Positions 42,946-55,612 of a stretch of 64,000 nucleotides of DNA are shown here, in pieces (within the stretch, counting starts at the first letter, position 1; each line of letters opens with the position of its first letter). Source of the DNA: Azolla caroliniana (lineage: Eukaryota > Plantae > Polypodiophyta). Location of the stretch: positions 12,400,001-12,464,000 of the forward strand of contig JBHGNT010000020.1 of assembly GCA_043228905.1 (NCBI GenBank). The letters are read 5' to 3'. A program made the position numbers and the translations under genes. The notes beneath the pieces were generated by a model that did not search any database, was not told where the DNA came from, and worked only from the letters and a program-made list of their open reading frames with translations.

Positions 42946-45087
42946 TCTCGGCTATCCCCTTTGAGGGAGGCTTGATTGCGCTCATGGTTGGGCCTCACTG
43001 TAAGGAACTGGACCAAATGCTTCCCATCTTGGCTCTTGACCCTCACATATGCCGACCCGTTGTCTAGCACCTTCGTCTCCATACGAGCCGCCGTGATGTA
43101 TGGTTCACCCAAGATGACCGGGTGCGAGGACATCTCTTGAACAAAGAAATTTTGATCTATTTCTATGTCCCCCACCTTCACACGTACATTCGGGCAAGCC
43201 CCGTATAACTCCTCGGTTGCTCGGGTCGCCGCTCTAATCTTCCACCCGTGCTTCATGTTGATCGGCCACTTTCCCTTTTTATAAAAGTCCATGGACATAA
43301 GGTTGATCTTAGAGCCATGGTCGATCAATGCTACCACCGGCTCTTTTACATCTCCAACCCGTACCGGTGTCTCCGTTGTCGCTCTCGCCCAATGCGGCCT
43401 CGTGTAGTGACTATCCGCACAGTCTTCGTCTTCCTCGGGGACCTCAGTTGACAATGCATTTACAATCGCGGGTTTTGCCACTTCTTGCTCCGTTGAGAGC
43501 CGCTTCCTCTTCATTAGGTCGATGATGACCTCGTGAAATTCTTTCTTGGCAATTCCGAGGACCTCTCGCAAGGTAAACTCTACGCGACTATCGAGGATCC
43601 TCTCCTCCACTACCTTCTTCAAGTCCGTTGCTTGTTCGATCTCCGAGCAAAGCTTGAAGTTGGGGGGGTTCCCCTTCTCTTTCCATCTTTCGTCGCGTGC
43701 TTGAGACTGGTTCGGCTCTTCCCTTCTTCGTGCACCTCGAGCGTCGTACTTCCTTGATGGACCGGCTCCCTCGTCATTTCCTACCTTCTTCTCTTCTACC
43801 ATTACTTCGTAGTTTTGGCAAGCGGCTTCCACTAAGCCTGTCTTTTCTTCCACCGGATCCTTCCACCTGGTTGCTTCTTGGACCCTTCTTTCCGCCTCGT
43901 CTGCTTCTTCTCTTTTGAACTTCCCCTTAGAGAGGCTTCCAAGGATTGATGGCCAAAAGTCAAACTCTTTCTCCTCTTGCCTCCTCCCCTCTTTCCCCAC
44001 TCGGATCCCAGCCGATGCCGAGTAGTGGACGGCTTCAACATTTCGTGCTTCGGCCTCCTCCATTAGCCTTCTCATGCCCCCTCGGCCTTGATTCAATCCC
44101 AACGGGCGCCTTGTCTCCGTCGAATAGACCCTATTGTTCCAAAGATAGACAATATCCTTTCTTAGGGCCTCTTGAAAGTCTCCACACTCCCTTCGTAGGT
44201 GGTCGGGGTTGTCACACCACATACATCTTTGCGCGAACGGGGGACGTCGATCTTGAGGGCCGCCACTCTCTCTCCTAGCTTGCGCTATTTGGAGATCTCG
44301 CACCATCTTTGTGAGCTCGTCTATTGCCGACCCTCCCGACGGTGCTTCAACCACGTTTCTCTCGGGGATGAACCTTGCATTTGCTTGCTCTCTTTCTTGA
44401 GGTATTCTACCAGCCCTGGGTTCGTGTGTCTCACTAATGGAGCCTGTGGATGTTTGGCCGCTCAACGGAGACCCGTCATTCCATTCCCTTCTCTTATCGA
44501 AGCGGCTACAAACCCGTTTTACCATAGCCCAATCCGTTGTGAGCCCATCATCAGTTTCGAGGAGGGACCCCACCTTCTCTCAGTCTCGTGCATCAACAAT
44601 CTTTATGAATAGTAGGACCTTGCTTGTGTCAAGCACCATCCTATCGAGCGTCGAGAGTCGCGCGAAGCGCTTCTCAAATTCTTGTAAAAGTACCATAGTA
44701 TTTCTCCCCTTGCCGGGAAGCTCAACCCACTCCATTAGATCCCTTTTCGAAATTCTGAGTGAGTCATCAAGGCCGTACTTCTCGAGGAGTCTTTCTTCGA
44801 ACTCCACCCAATTGCAACAGTTCGCTTGGATCTCGAGTACCTCCGCGTGGATACTCGGCGTTACCACTCTAGCGAATCCGGTTAGCCGCCTATCTTCGGG
44901 GACGTTTCGCATAAGCATTTCGGCCTTATAGGCATCCAAGTAGCTCGTGATATCTCTTCCATTGAACCGCCCCGTTGTGCTAACCATCGTCTCTATGGCC
45001 CGGTCTAGACCGGTGATGCCTTCTCGGGCATTTACCAAGCCGTCCACCGCCGCCGCCATCGCTTCAGCGAGTTCTCCTCCTCGCATC
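42936..45087 (-). pseudogene. Copy C gag-protease ORF with one premature TGA at 44580
   Basis: ORFs 44580-45113 and 42936-44573 are in the same frame. CCHC-like CMWCDNPDHLRREC, protease LIDHGSKINLM, ends GDSREDF*. Confidence 0.9.
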
Positions 45088-45108
45088 TTGGTTCTCCCTT
45101 GCCGCCCT

Positions 45109-45126
45109 TTCACGTCGGGATCACCA
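45109..45126 (-). other. Primer-binding site complementary to the tRNA-Trp 3' end
   Basis: Minus strand TGGTGATCCCGACGTGAA, 5 nt from the 5' LTR. Plant tRNA-Trp(CCA) ends ...TTCACGTCGGGTTCACCA as recalled (17/18 match). Confidence 0.75.
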
Positions 45127-45359
45127 ATTTATGTCGCGAAGTTTCGCGCGCGTGTGTTACTTGGGCGGGACAATACTACTTCCCCACCCCTTCCCGAGCA
45201 AGGTCTCGTTCCCCTTTTGTTTTGTGAGGCCGGTGGCTCTTGTTGACCACGACTCGTCGACCTTCCGAGATCACCGTACGAGCTAAGTGACCAAACGAGT
45301 ACAAGCAAGATGAGCACGCAACATGAACGCACAAGGGGACGATAACATAAACACGAATG

Positions 45360-45975
45360 TCCGTACGGCTTTATGAGGAGGAGAAGTGCATGGGCGCGCA
45401 TGAACGCTCCCTTGTGACAAGACGTCGAACGTACGAGGAAGACACAAAACACACGCACAAAATGCTCGTATGCCTTTATGAGGAGGAGAGGTGCATGGGC
45501 AAGCCCGAACGGTCCCCTCGTCACAAGACGGTCGAACGTACAAGGAAGACACAAACACACGCACAAATGCTCGTACGCCTTTATGAGGAGGAGAGGTGCA
45601 TGGGCAAGCCCGAACAGTCCCCTCGTCACAAGACGGTCGAACGTACAAGGAAGACACAAACACACGCACAAATGCTCGTACGCCTTTATGAGGAGGAGAG
45701 GTGCATGGGCAAGCCCGAACGGTCCCCTCGTCACAAGACGGTCGAACGTACAAGGAAGACACAAACACACGCACAAAATGCTCGTACGCCTTTATGAGGA
45801 GGAGAGGTGCATGGGCAAGCCCGAACGGTCCCCTCGTCACAAGACGGTCGAACGTACAAGGAAGACACAAACACACGCACAAAATGCTCGTACGCCTTTA
45901 TGAGGAGGAGAGGTGCATGGGCAAGCCCGAACGGTCCCCTCGTCACAAGACGGCCGAACGTACAAGAAAGACACG
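45360..45975. repeat. ~105-bp tandem repeat x6 in the copy C 5' LTR
   Basis: Same unit as at 38200, starting at ~45369, 45474, 45579, 45684, 45790 and 45895. Confidence 0.95.
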
Positions 45976-48900
45976 AATAAAGAAAGAAGGAGAGAAAGAA
46001 ACACGAACAATATTGACCAAAGAGTTAAATACGTGTTTGATTCTAATGCAAGAGGACCCTTTATAAAATAGGGTTTTTTTTTTACAATGGCAACTTATAG
46101 TTAACCACAAGCTCAATCAAAACATAAATATTAAATACCCTTAGAGACAAGGCAAAACCGAACACGGCGAAGACGAACCATGACCACCCGAACGGCAAGC
46201 ACACGGGCTCGCAACGACGAACGGGGCGGAGCAACGTCGAGCCAACGAAGCTTGGGCTCATGAGCACGTGGCGGTGGGGGGATGAAGGGGTATGAGATGA
46301 AGAAAAGTGGTGAATAAGGAGATGAAGAGCTTCGAAGGAAAATTGGCGATAGTCTCATCCTCCCAAAACGTCCTCCCAAATGAGCCCCCCTCGACCTCCT
46401 TTTATAGGAAAAAAAGAAGGGGGGGGTCGCCAAATTTGTCTTCAATGAAAAAGGAATAAAATTCCTTAAATCATGCTACACTGTAAGACTAGACTCAAAC
46501 CGTGCACCTCTAGCTAGTAGTCAATGTGACTATCCACAAACCCAATAACTCTTTCTTATATAATATGTAAGTCTATCTCTATAAATTTATAGCCTGTCTC
46601 CCCTCTACCCTTTATCTCACCTCTCTCTTACTTTTTGCACGAGCTTCTATACCTCCCGTTTACCCTTTCTTTTCCTTTTTATTTTGCATATGCACAATTA
46701 ATCGCTTTTGTGTGCACACACATTGCACATGCACATTTTTGACCCGCTTTTTCCCACCCTCGAGCACACCACATCACGACAACGGCCTGCCAAAACTACA
46801 AGGTTCTAGTGGAAGATAAGCGAGTGGGAAAGGGTGGAGGAGCCGAACCCTTTGGCCGGTACGAGACGCGGAGCGTGCCGAAGAGAAGTCACGCCGGCGG
46901 TCCCGGCTCACAAGAAAGATCGAAACCAGTGGGTTACTGGCTAGACTCTGAAATAGAGAAAGCGGTGAACTTATGGAAAGTCCTTGAAGAATAGATCCTC
47001 GACAACAGGGTGGAGCTGTCTCTGAGGGAAGTGTTGGGGATCGCCAAGAAGGAGTTCCACGACTCCATCGTAGACTTGGTGAAGCGAAAAAGGCTCACGA
47101 CTGAGCCAAAACCTCAAAACCTCGTGGAAGTGCGAACAACAGACTTAGATGACGCAGCCGGCGAAGATGAATTGGCGGATAGCCACTACTCGAAGCTACA
47201 TTGGGCGAGAGCGACCCCTGGAGACCCCGTCCGGATTGGGAACGTTCAAGAGCCAATGGTGGCGTTGATAGACCATGGATCCGAAATCAACATGATGTCC
47301 ATGGATTTCTACAAAAAGGGGAAGTGGACGATCAACACCAAGCATGGGTGGAAAATACAAGCAGCTACGCACGCTACGGAGGAGCTACAGGGGGCGTGCC
47401 CGAATGTACACATGAAGATTAGCGATGTCGAGATCGATCAACACTTTTTTGTGCAGGAGACTTCCTCGCACCCGGTGATCCTCGGCGAACCATACATTAC
47501 AGCGGCTTGTATGGAGACCAAAGTGTTGGACAACAGTTCGGCATACGCGCGGGTGAAGAGCCAAGACGGACGTCACTCCATCCAATTTTTTACTGTGCGA
47601 CCGAACCATGAGCATAACCGTGAATCTCTCAGCAACAACGACTGAGAGGATTTTTAGAGAGGGCTATCAAGGCGTGGGGCCACAATAGTCTGAACACCCC
47701 GAAGAAACCCCACACGTGTACCATAGATAGGGGATGTTGGTTCTCTGACAACGGAGGTTGTACTACAACTGGCGTCAGAAGCCGGGAAAAGAAGAAGGTT
47801 GAAGAGCGTTTAAGGGCGTGTGGTGCCCTTAGCTCCAAAGCAAGATCAGTGGTGCCATGGAGGCGATCTCTTTCGACGACACCCTTGGAGAGATCAGGAG
47901 GGTAGCCGATGAAGGCCTGAGCAGAGACCGGGTAATTCCGGTCAATTTCGTGGAAGTGTATGAAGTCATTGCAGACTTCAGTGAGAAGGTCAGGTCGGAG
48001 AAGATGTCCCTAGTTGACACCAAATACAAGACTGTCGACCAAAAGGTGAGGCTTGTCGTGGCTCCCTTGTCGAAGGGCAGCGAAGAGCGGAGGAAATGGT
48101 TCGTGCTAGACCCCAGTTTGCGGAATCCGGTCGGCACTGGTTCACCGACGAGACACTACGGGAGCTTCCTACTACCCGCGGAAGAGAACCGATTTCAGAG
48201 GATGCTTGAGAGACACGGGAAGGCCTTCGCATTCTCACCGGAGGAGATCGGGTGCGTCGACCCGATAGTCGTAGAGCCCATGGTTATCTTCACGGTACCG
48301 CACGTGTCGTGGAATCTCAAACCAAATCCGGTACATAGAGCTCACATCCCAAAGTTGATGGAGTTGTTGAATCAGAAGGTGGAGATGGGCATCCTTGAGC
48401 CGTCGAGTGCCCAAATTCAAATCGATGATTTATGGTGCCGAAAAAGAATGGCACATCACGCTTCATTCAAGACTTGCAACCAGTCAATAAAGTGACCATT
48501 CAGAATGCAAGGATCGGGCCAACCATCGATGAGTTCGCGGAGGCCTTCGCTAGAAGGTCGATCTACTCGGTTGGTGATCTATACTCGGGATATGATCAAT
48601 TCCAACTAGCCATTGAGAGTAGGGATATCACGACAATGCGGACCCCTCTCGACTTAGTGCGGATGTGTATCTTGCCGCAAGGAGGAACCAACTCGGTGGC
48701 GCACCTGGTAAACGCGATGAACAAAGTGTTGAGGGACTGCATCCCGGACACCATCATGCCATTTTTGGACGACATTCCAATCAAGGGATGTCTGGTAGAA
48801 GAGAAGAATGAATCGGTCGGACCAGACGGATGCCAAAATTTCGTGACAAACCATATCAATGACTGCGAGAAGGTGCTATAGAGGCTCGAGGGTGCGTGGC

Positions 48901-49321
48901 TCACCTTCTCCGTAGAGAAGTCGACTTTCGGCCAATCCGAAATCTTGGTGGTTGGGCACTTGTGCGGGCTGTATGGCCGAAAACCATCTCCGGCTAAGGT
49001 GGAAGCCATCTCCGCAATGAGAGAAGAATGCAAGTTGATTACAGAGGTCCGGAGATTACTAGGGGCGTGCGTGTTCTACCATATCTAGATTCCACATTAC
49101 GCACACGTCGTCGAGCCGCTCTACGGGCTGCTGAAGAAGGGCCGCAAATTCGAATGGAACGAGGAGCATGCGGAGTCGGTCCGAAGGCTGAAGGAGGCGC
49201 TTGCTGCGGCACCGGCCCTCTCGAAAGCGGTTTACGGAAAGGGTACCCCGATTTACGTGACCATGGACACGAGCCCAACCGGAATCGGATGGGTGGTCAA
49301 TCAGGAAGACGAAGACGACAT

Positions 49322-50177
49322 TGTCGTGGAGATTCACAACCATAGTGAGAAAACCAGAACTAATGGGAATATCAGCAGGGTGTGGCGTGAGCATTCACCC
49401 TTGTATACATGTGTAAGATAATGGGGTGCCTTTATGGCACCAAATAAGAGTTTATGTTGGGACAAAGAATCCTATGTAATATGGGATTTATCCCACATTG
49501 TTACACACCTCCTCATTGTGCTATGAAAGGAAGGGAGGGTCCCTTGAAAAAGGGTTGCCCATTTTGAATTAGGAGGGTATACCACTTAGGTCTAAAGTAA
49601 GGTAGCTTTTCTCTTCTTTCTTTCTTTCTTTCTTCCTTACTTACTTTCTTTAGGGTTTCATCTAGGTCTTCTTCTTTGTCATCATGTGGGTGGAATCTTC
49701 GTGTCTGTTTAGGGTTTAGTTTGGTTAAGAGCTTGTATGTCTTAAGGGGTTTTCGCTTCTGTCTCCTGTGCAAGACCCCGCTCGGTGTGACGAGCCCGAG
49801 AGCTCCCTGATCGGCGGCTTGGCAGCAAACTGCTATTCTAACCTAACCTACCTTGGTCCGGCTCAAGGCCAGAGTTGTATCTTGCTCTTGTATATATATA
49901 GTGTAGTTCTGTGCATCTATGTTTGTGTTGGTGTCTTTGGAGTTCCTTCTTTCTAGTTTTTGTACATAGGATGTGTGCGCCTAGTCAGTGTTGCGTGCAC
50001 GCCCTTTTCCCTCTCTCATTCGGTTGCTCCCGGTACGTATCCGGAAATGCTCTAGTTGGTGTCATGGCCGGTCGTGGGAAACAATGAAGCTTGACCTTCC
50101 ATGCTCCGTCTCTCTCTGGTCCAAGACCCTTGTGATCCCGCCCCGGATCTAACACGCATGCGCGGATTATCGCGACA
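49322..50177 (+). mobile_element. Solo LTR of a related gypsy family inserted in copy D RNase H
   Basis: TGTCGTG...CGCGACA termini and 4-bp TSD ACAT/ACGT. The 3' end (GATCCCGCCC...TAACACGC...TCGCGACA) resembles the U5 end of the copy C LTR. Confidence 0.88.
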
Positions 50178-51125
50178 ACGTAAGGTTCCCCATCCGATTT
50201 GGAGCGAAAGTATTAAGCGAGCGGCAACGAGGATACGCCCAGGTTAAACACGAACTTTGGGGTATCATTTCGGCAGTCAAGGCCGACAAAGACTATTTGA
50301 TCCAGACAGAGGTAGTAATCGAGACAGACTGCCTACCTATCTTAGGTATGATTTCCGGATGCGCGACTTCGGACCTGGCTATGTTCAGGTGGATCGCATA
50401 CATCAAGTCCATAAACCCGGAGATCTGACACATCTCCGGTAAAGACAATGCCATGGTCGATATGCTTTCAAGAGCGCAGTTTGACAACGAGGACGGCATG
50501 GTGTCAGAGGACGAAGAAGTCGGCGTGGACTTCTTCGAGTCGGCTCGTGTAGTAGCAGGGGAGGGGAGCACTCCGAGACTGAATGAGTTTAACAAAAACG
50601 AGTACGACAGGCAGTGGCTCCAGATAGGCAAATTCTTAAAAACATTTGCAACAGATGCGGCATGGACGATGTTAGAGACATAAATTAATGTAAGCATGAG
50701 ATAAGGATAGAAAATAGATAAATAGATAGAAAGGAGAGAGAGAAAGAAGGGTGCCGATCTACCCGACCACCCCCGAGCGAAGGGATCGAGACGGACTCAA
50801 GCCTCGATCGGCGTCCTATACCACCGTCGTGGCGTCGAGTCATACATGGTGCTGACACGCTCGCTACAAGAGTTGACCCACCACAAGACAGAGTCTCGAC
50901 GTAGTCAACAAGATGATGAAATGAGGGTAGCTAGGCCTCTTATTTATAGCGATACCCAAGGCCCCAGGCAAGTTCCCACTTGGCCTAATGGGTTGTCTCA
51001 ATCCCGAGGATTAAAAGTAATCTTCTCCTTCTTTACACTCTCATTTAACCCTCACACTTATCCACGTGTATAAAATACTACGGTAAATTCTTACCACAGG
51101 ATATTATATGGTCATGCCCGTAACA

Positions 51126-54100
51126 TACCATCAGATTGAGGATGATCCGTGGAGCTCATGCTCAACGTAGTTTCTAACTTCATAAAGACTTGCGTCCAGA
51201 AGTCACTAGTAAACTTTGGATCTCGATCACTCACGATATCCATCGGTAACCCATAAAAACGAAATAACTCATCAATGAATTGGTAAGCCAATTCAGGAGC
51301 TGTTACCGTGGTTTTAGTAGCAATAAATCTAGCCATTTTAGTTAGTCTATCAACCACAACCAAGATGGCATCATGGCCTTTTTGGGTGCGAGGAAGGCTA
51401 ACAATAAAATCCATGGATATACTTTCCCACTTATTATTGGGAATGTCCAAGGGATGTAAAAGTCATGCGGCTTTAAGTCGCTCGGCTTTGTTAACCTGAC
51501 ATTGGTGACATTTAGTCACATAGCTATGTATGTTAGGACGCATCTTAGGCCAATAAAATTGAGTGGAGATGAGAACGAGTGTAAGATGTATTCCAGGGTG
51601 CCTTGTTGAGGGTGCATCATGCCATTAAAAAAGAATCCTCTTTTTGACCTCGGGTAAATCTAGAACACAAACCTTCCCATTACGGTAGAGCAGACCGTTA
51701 GCAATGTGGAAGTATTCCTTCGAGGATGTGGCGGTGTCTGTTCCAGACTCAACTCTTGCCCAGTATTTTGCAAAATAATTGTCATCAAGATACTTTCCTC
51801 GAAGGTGATCATAAAGATATGATGATATTTCAGTGAAGCTAAGCATGTTAACTTCACGGATGCGACTTAGTGCATCAACGATAATGTTCATGGAACCTTT
51901 ACGATATCGTATGGAAAAATCAAAGTCCTAGATGAGATCAGCCCATCGTGCCTTACGACTTTTAGGTCTTGTTGATCACAAAACTATTTCAAGGACTCAT
52001 GGTCCGTAGTTACCACAAAGCGATTTCCATAAAGATAATGACGCCATGTTTTGAGCACATGTATAATTGCAAATAATTCCTTTTGTTGAACGGTATACCG
52101 ACATTGAGCAGAATCAAGTTTCTTACTCTCGAATGCTATTGGTTTACCATCTTGATATAAGACAGCACCTATAGCATAATCGCTTGTATCGGTTTCAACC
52201 TCAAAAGGTTTTGAAGGATCAGGTAAAAGAAGTGAAGGAGCCTTGCATACCAGGTCCTTGAGTTCCTTAAAGGCGAGGTCTAGTGTAGCATTCCAGACAA
52301 TAGGTTTTGTAGACTTACGCGTTTGACCTTTTAAAAGATCAGTAAACAGCGTCATCAATTGGGAGTAATTACGAAGGGATTTTCGCAAAAACCCGACAAA
52401 ACCAAGGAATGATCAAACTTCTCGAATATTCCGAAGAGTGGGCGAAAGCTTGATTTTCTCGATGCGAGAAGGATCAATTTCAACTCCTCGTTCGGTTATG
52501 AGATGTCCAAGATAAGTAATTTATTTCTTGAAGAACTCACATTTTGAGATCTTCGCGTAAAACTGTTTGTCACGCAATGTTTGTAAAACAAAACAGACAT
52601 GTTTAGCATGTTCTTGTAATGTATGGCTATAAACTAAAATATCATCCAAGAAAATAACGACAAATTTTCCAATTTGTTCTCGGAAAATGTCATTCATTTC
52701 TTGTTAAAATGTAGTCGGGGCATTGGTCAAACCAAAAGGCATAACCAAAAACTCATAATGGCCATAATGTGTACAAAATGTTGTTTTAGGAACATCGTCC
52801 TCACTTATACGAATTTGATGGTAGCTAGTATGGAGATCAAGTTTTGTAAAATACCGGGCTCCTTGGAGACGGTCAATTAGATCGTTAGCCCGGGGCAATC
52901 CATACGAATTCTTGATCATCACTTTATTCAAGCGTCGGTAATTAATACACATACGCCATGTGCCCTCTTTCTTTTTAACCTAGAGAACTGGTGCACCCCA
53001 TGGAGATTTACTATAACATATATAACCCATTCGTAAATAGTCCTTTAGTTGCTTAGATACCTCATCCTCTTCGGATCAACTTAAGCGATAAGGAGGTATA
53101 CTTATTGGTGCAACGCCAGGTACAATATCTATACGATGGTCTATATTACGTTTAGGAGGTAACCCATCTGGTAGTTCACTTGGAAAAACATCACGAAAAT
53201 CATTTAAGATTTCATCAAGTTGTTGTTGTTCAAAATATGTAATTGAACCGAGACATTATCGATGTTGTAAACGTGAATGTCCGGATCAAGTACACAATAA
53301 AATAGAGTAGAACAAGACAACTCGGATATTGATGGACACGAGGAAACAATCAAGAGGGATTGTTTTTTTACACATTGAATAAAATGAGTACAGTCGTTCA
53401 GTACAAATGTAATTAAATGATGAACCCAATCAATAGATAAAGAAGAGCTTTTATTATAGAACCAAGGATAACCCAGTATTACATCAATGGTACAAAGATT
53501 CATTACATGGAAGTCTACTTCCTCTATATAAGTGTCAATAGAGATTCGTAATGAATGAATCGCCCTGTTGATGTATTGTACTCTTCCATTAGCCAAGTGC
53601 ACCGTGTAGGTGTGATCACTTACGGTGGGTTGGATTCCCCATATCTGAACCAAACGATCATTCACAAAGTTGTGTGAGCTTCCCAAATTAAACAAAAATT
53701 GTACGGGAGATCCATTGATATACCCGTTTGCACATAGTAAATCATTGGGACCCAATACATAGTGAGAGAAAGAACATTGACAATTACTTAAATGATCTGT
53801 ATATACCCGAAGGACATTGGGAATCTGACCTTTATGTTTTGCAGCTTTAACTTTGTTGTCGTGCTCTTTCCGTTGGAGCTTTCGACATTGCTCTTTTGTA
53901 TGACCCTTCTTTTTGCAGAATACGCAAAAAGGATGTTGTCGCTTACAATCGCGATCCATGAATTTGTTGGGTGTCTTGCGTTTCCTAGCGAATTGCGACT
54001 GCTTAGTCCCGGGTGCTTCGTTGGGTTTGTTGTGATCCTTCTTCAAAGTGCGTTGATAGCGAAGATCTATTTCAACGGCCTCTTCGAAGGATTTTGGATC

Positions 54101-54770
54101 CTTATCGTGCACTATCCAATGATAGTCCGAATTGGGGATGCCATTGACAAAACAAGCTATTAACCAATTGTCCCCTTGTAGTCCCGATTTTTGGATTTAG
54201 GTTCTAGCATGGTGGACATAGTCTTCTAGCGAGAAAAACTTCCTGCTAGAGAGGTTCATTAAAGCTTGTGCTGCCTCAATTTGAGAGGGAGGTTGCAGAA
54301 ATTGCACCTTGAAAACTGTGACAAAATCTGTCCAAGTATCGGGCAATTTCCCCAAAGTACGGAGCCCACGCCACTAGGTGGCGGCCTTACCCCCTAGTTC
54401 TCGGCTGACATATGCAATCTTCGTACTATTTGGCATGGGATAGAGCTCAAAATGAGACTCCCATCGGCCCAGGCACGTGCAGATTGCTTCTTCGGTTCTT
54501 TCCTTTTTTTCTCCCGTAAATGGCTTAATGACAAACGATGGTTCACCCTGTCGCTCATCAGGTCTATTAGTCTCACGTTGTAGACTAATGAATGACACGT
54601 GCCTTGAGAGCACTTTGAGATTGCCGAAGTTTGGTCATTTGTTGAGCGGTGAAACTAAGGTATTGGGTTATTTGCAAAAAATATATCTCAATGGACATTT
54701 GTCCAGGAGGATTCCCTTGAGTTCCTTCCACTTGAGCGGATGACATCGGGTCGTTATTTTGAGCCATTAA
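51126..54770 (-). pseudogene. gag-pol of the chromovirus-type element (stops and frameshifts; integrase truncated)
   Basis: CCHC CVFCKKKGHTKEQC; degenerate protease (FNLGSSHNF); [29 protein letters not shown]; RH ETDTSDYAIG; IN WESISMDFI...IVSDRDPKFTS...HPQSDG. Confidence 0.92.
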
Positions 54771-55500
54771 ATGATTATTTCTAGAAAAGAAATAGGATAA
54801 GATTAGAGAGATAGTCATAACATCATGCATGTTGTAAACATATCATGGGCGAACATTAATCAATATCATTATCTCACGTCAATACCCCTCTAGACGTATG
54901 AGATGAGGATCAAGATCAGGTTACTATGGTAACACAAAGGTGTCTTAAAAACCATGGGGGTGACAAATGAATGTCTTTCCCTTATCTCTATATCGATTTT
55001 GTATGGCGGCTCCCCGAGGCTCAACCATGTATGTCCACATCATGAGTAGTTTATACACGAAAAAAATGTTAACAATAAACTATGTTTTTGTGCCCACATA
55101 TGTGGTTTCGGCTCTTTAAGTCCTATTACGAGGACCCTGAAGTGCACTTAGACCTCAAATCTAAACATGTGTTATAGTCATATGTATCAACGATGTTGTA
55201 TGGTCTTGGTCATATTTGAACTCGAGACCTCGAGAACAAATGCATTAAACACTTGAGCCAACCAAGTAGGTTGCTCTTCTTGAATGTTTAATGTTTCATG
55301 CATATAAGAGATATGCGAGACATTTGCCCATATATGGTTTTTTAAAAGAAACATATATGTCAAGAGTCCTTATTTCGCCCTCCTTTACTACAAAATATGT
55401 TGGTATGTTACCTAACCTCAAGTCTCGTAATTACGATGGCATACGCCAAAATGCAACCTAATGGTCAAGCCAAATGAGCCCTCTTTTCGTAGTAGGCCCA

Positions 55501-55559
55501 TGTAAAGAATCAAGAGATGGATTCTTATAAAGCGGAATAGGTGTGAACTGTGTGTGTGT

Positions 55560-55612
<53 letters not shown>

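Larger units (their letters stand above)
37910..46781 (-). mobile_element. Gypsy copy C: full-length non-chromoviral Ty3/gypsy (Phygy-like) element
   Basis: LTRs 37910-39399 and 45132-46781 (TGTCG(T/C)G...CACGACA), 4-bp TSD GCGG/ACGG, PBS 45109-45126 and PPT 39400-39412. Confidence 0.95.

Noticed and set aside
40711-44582. Stop-codon readthrough at the TGAs at 44580 and 40711 in copy C
   Set aside because: Sister copies have Arg at both positions (DREK in A, RIRKK in D), so these are best read as CGA>TGA deamination mutations.
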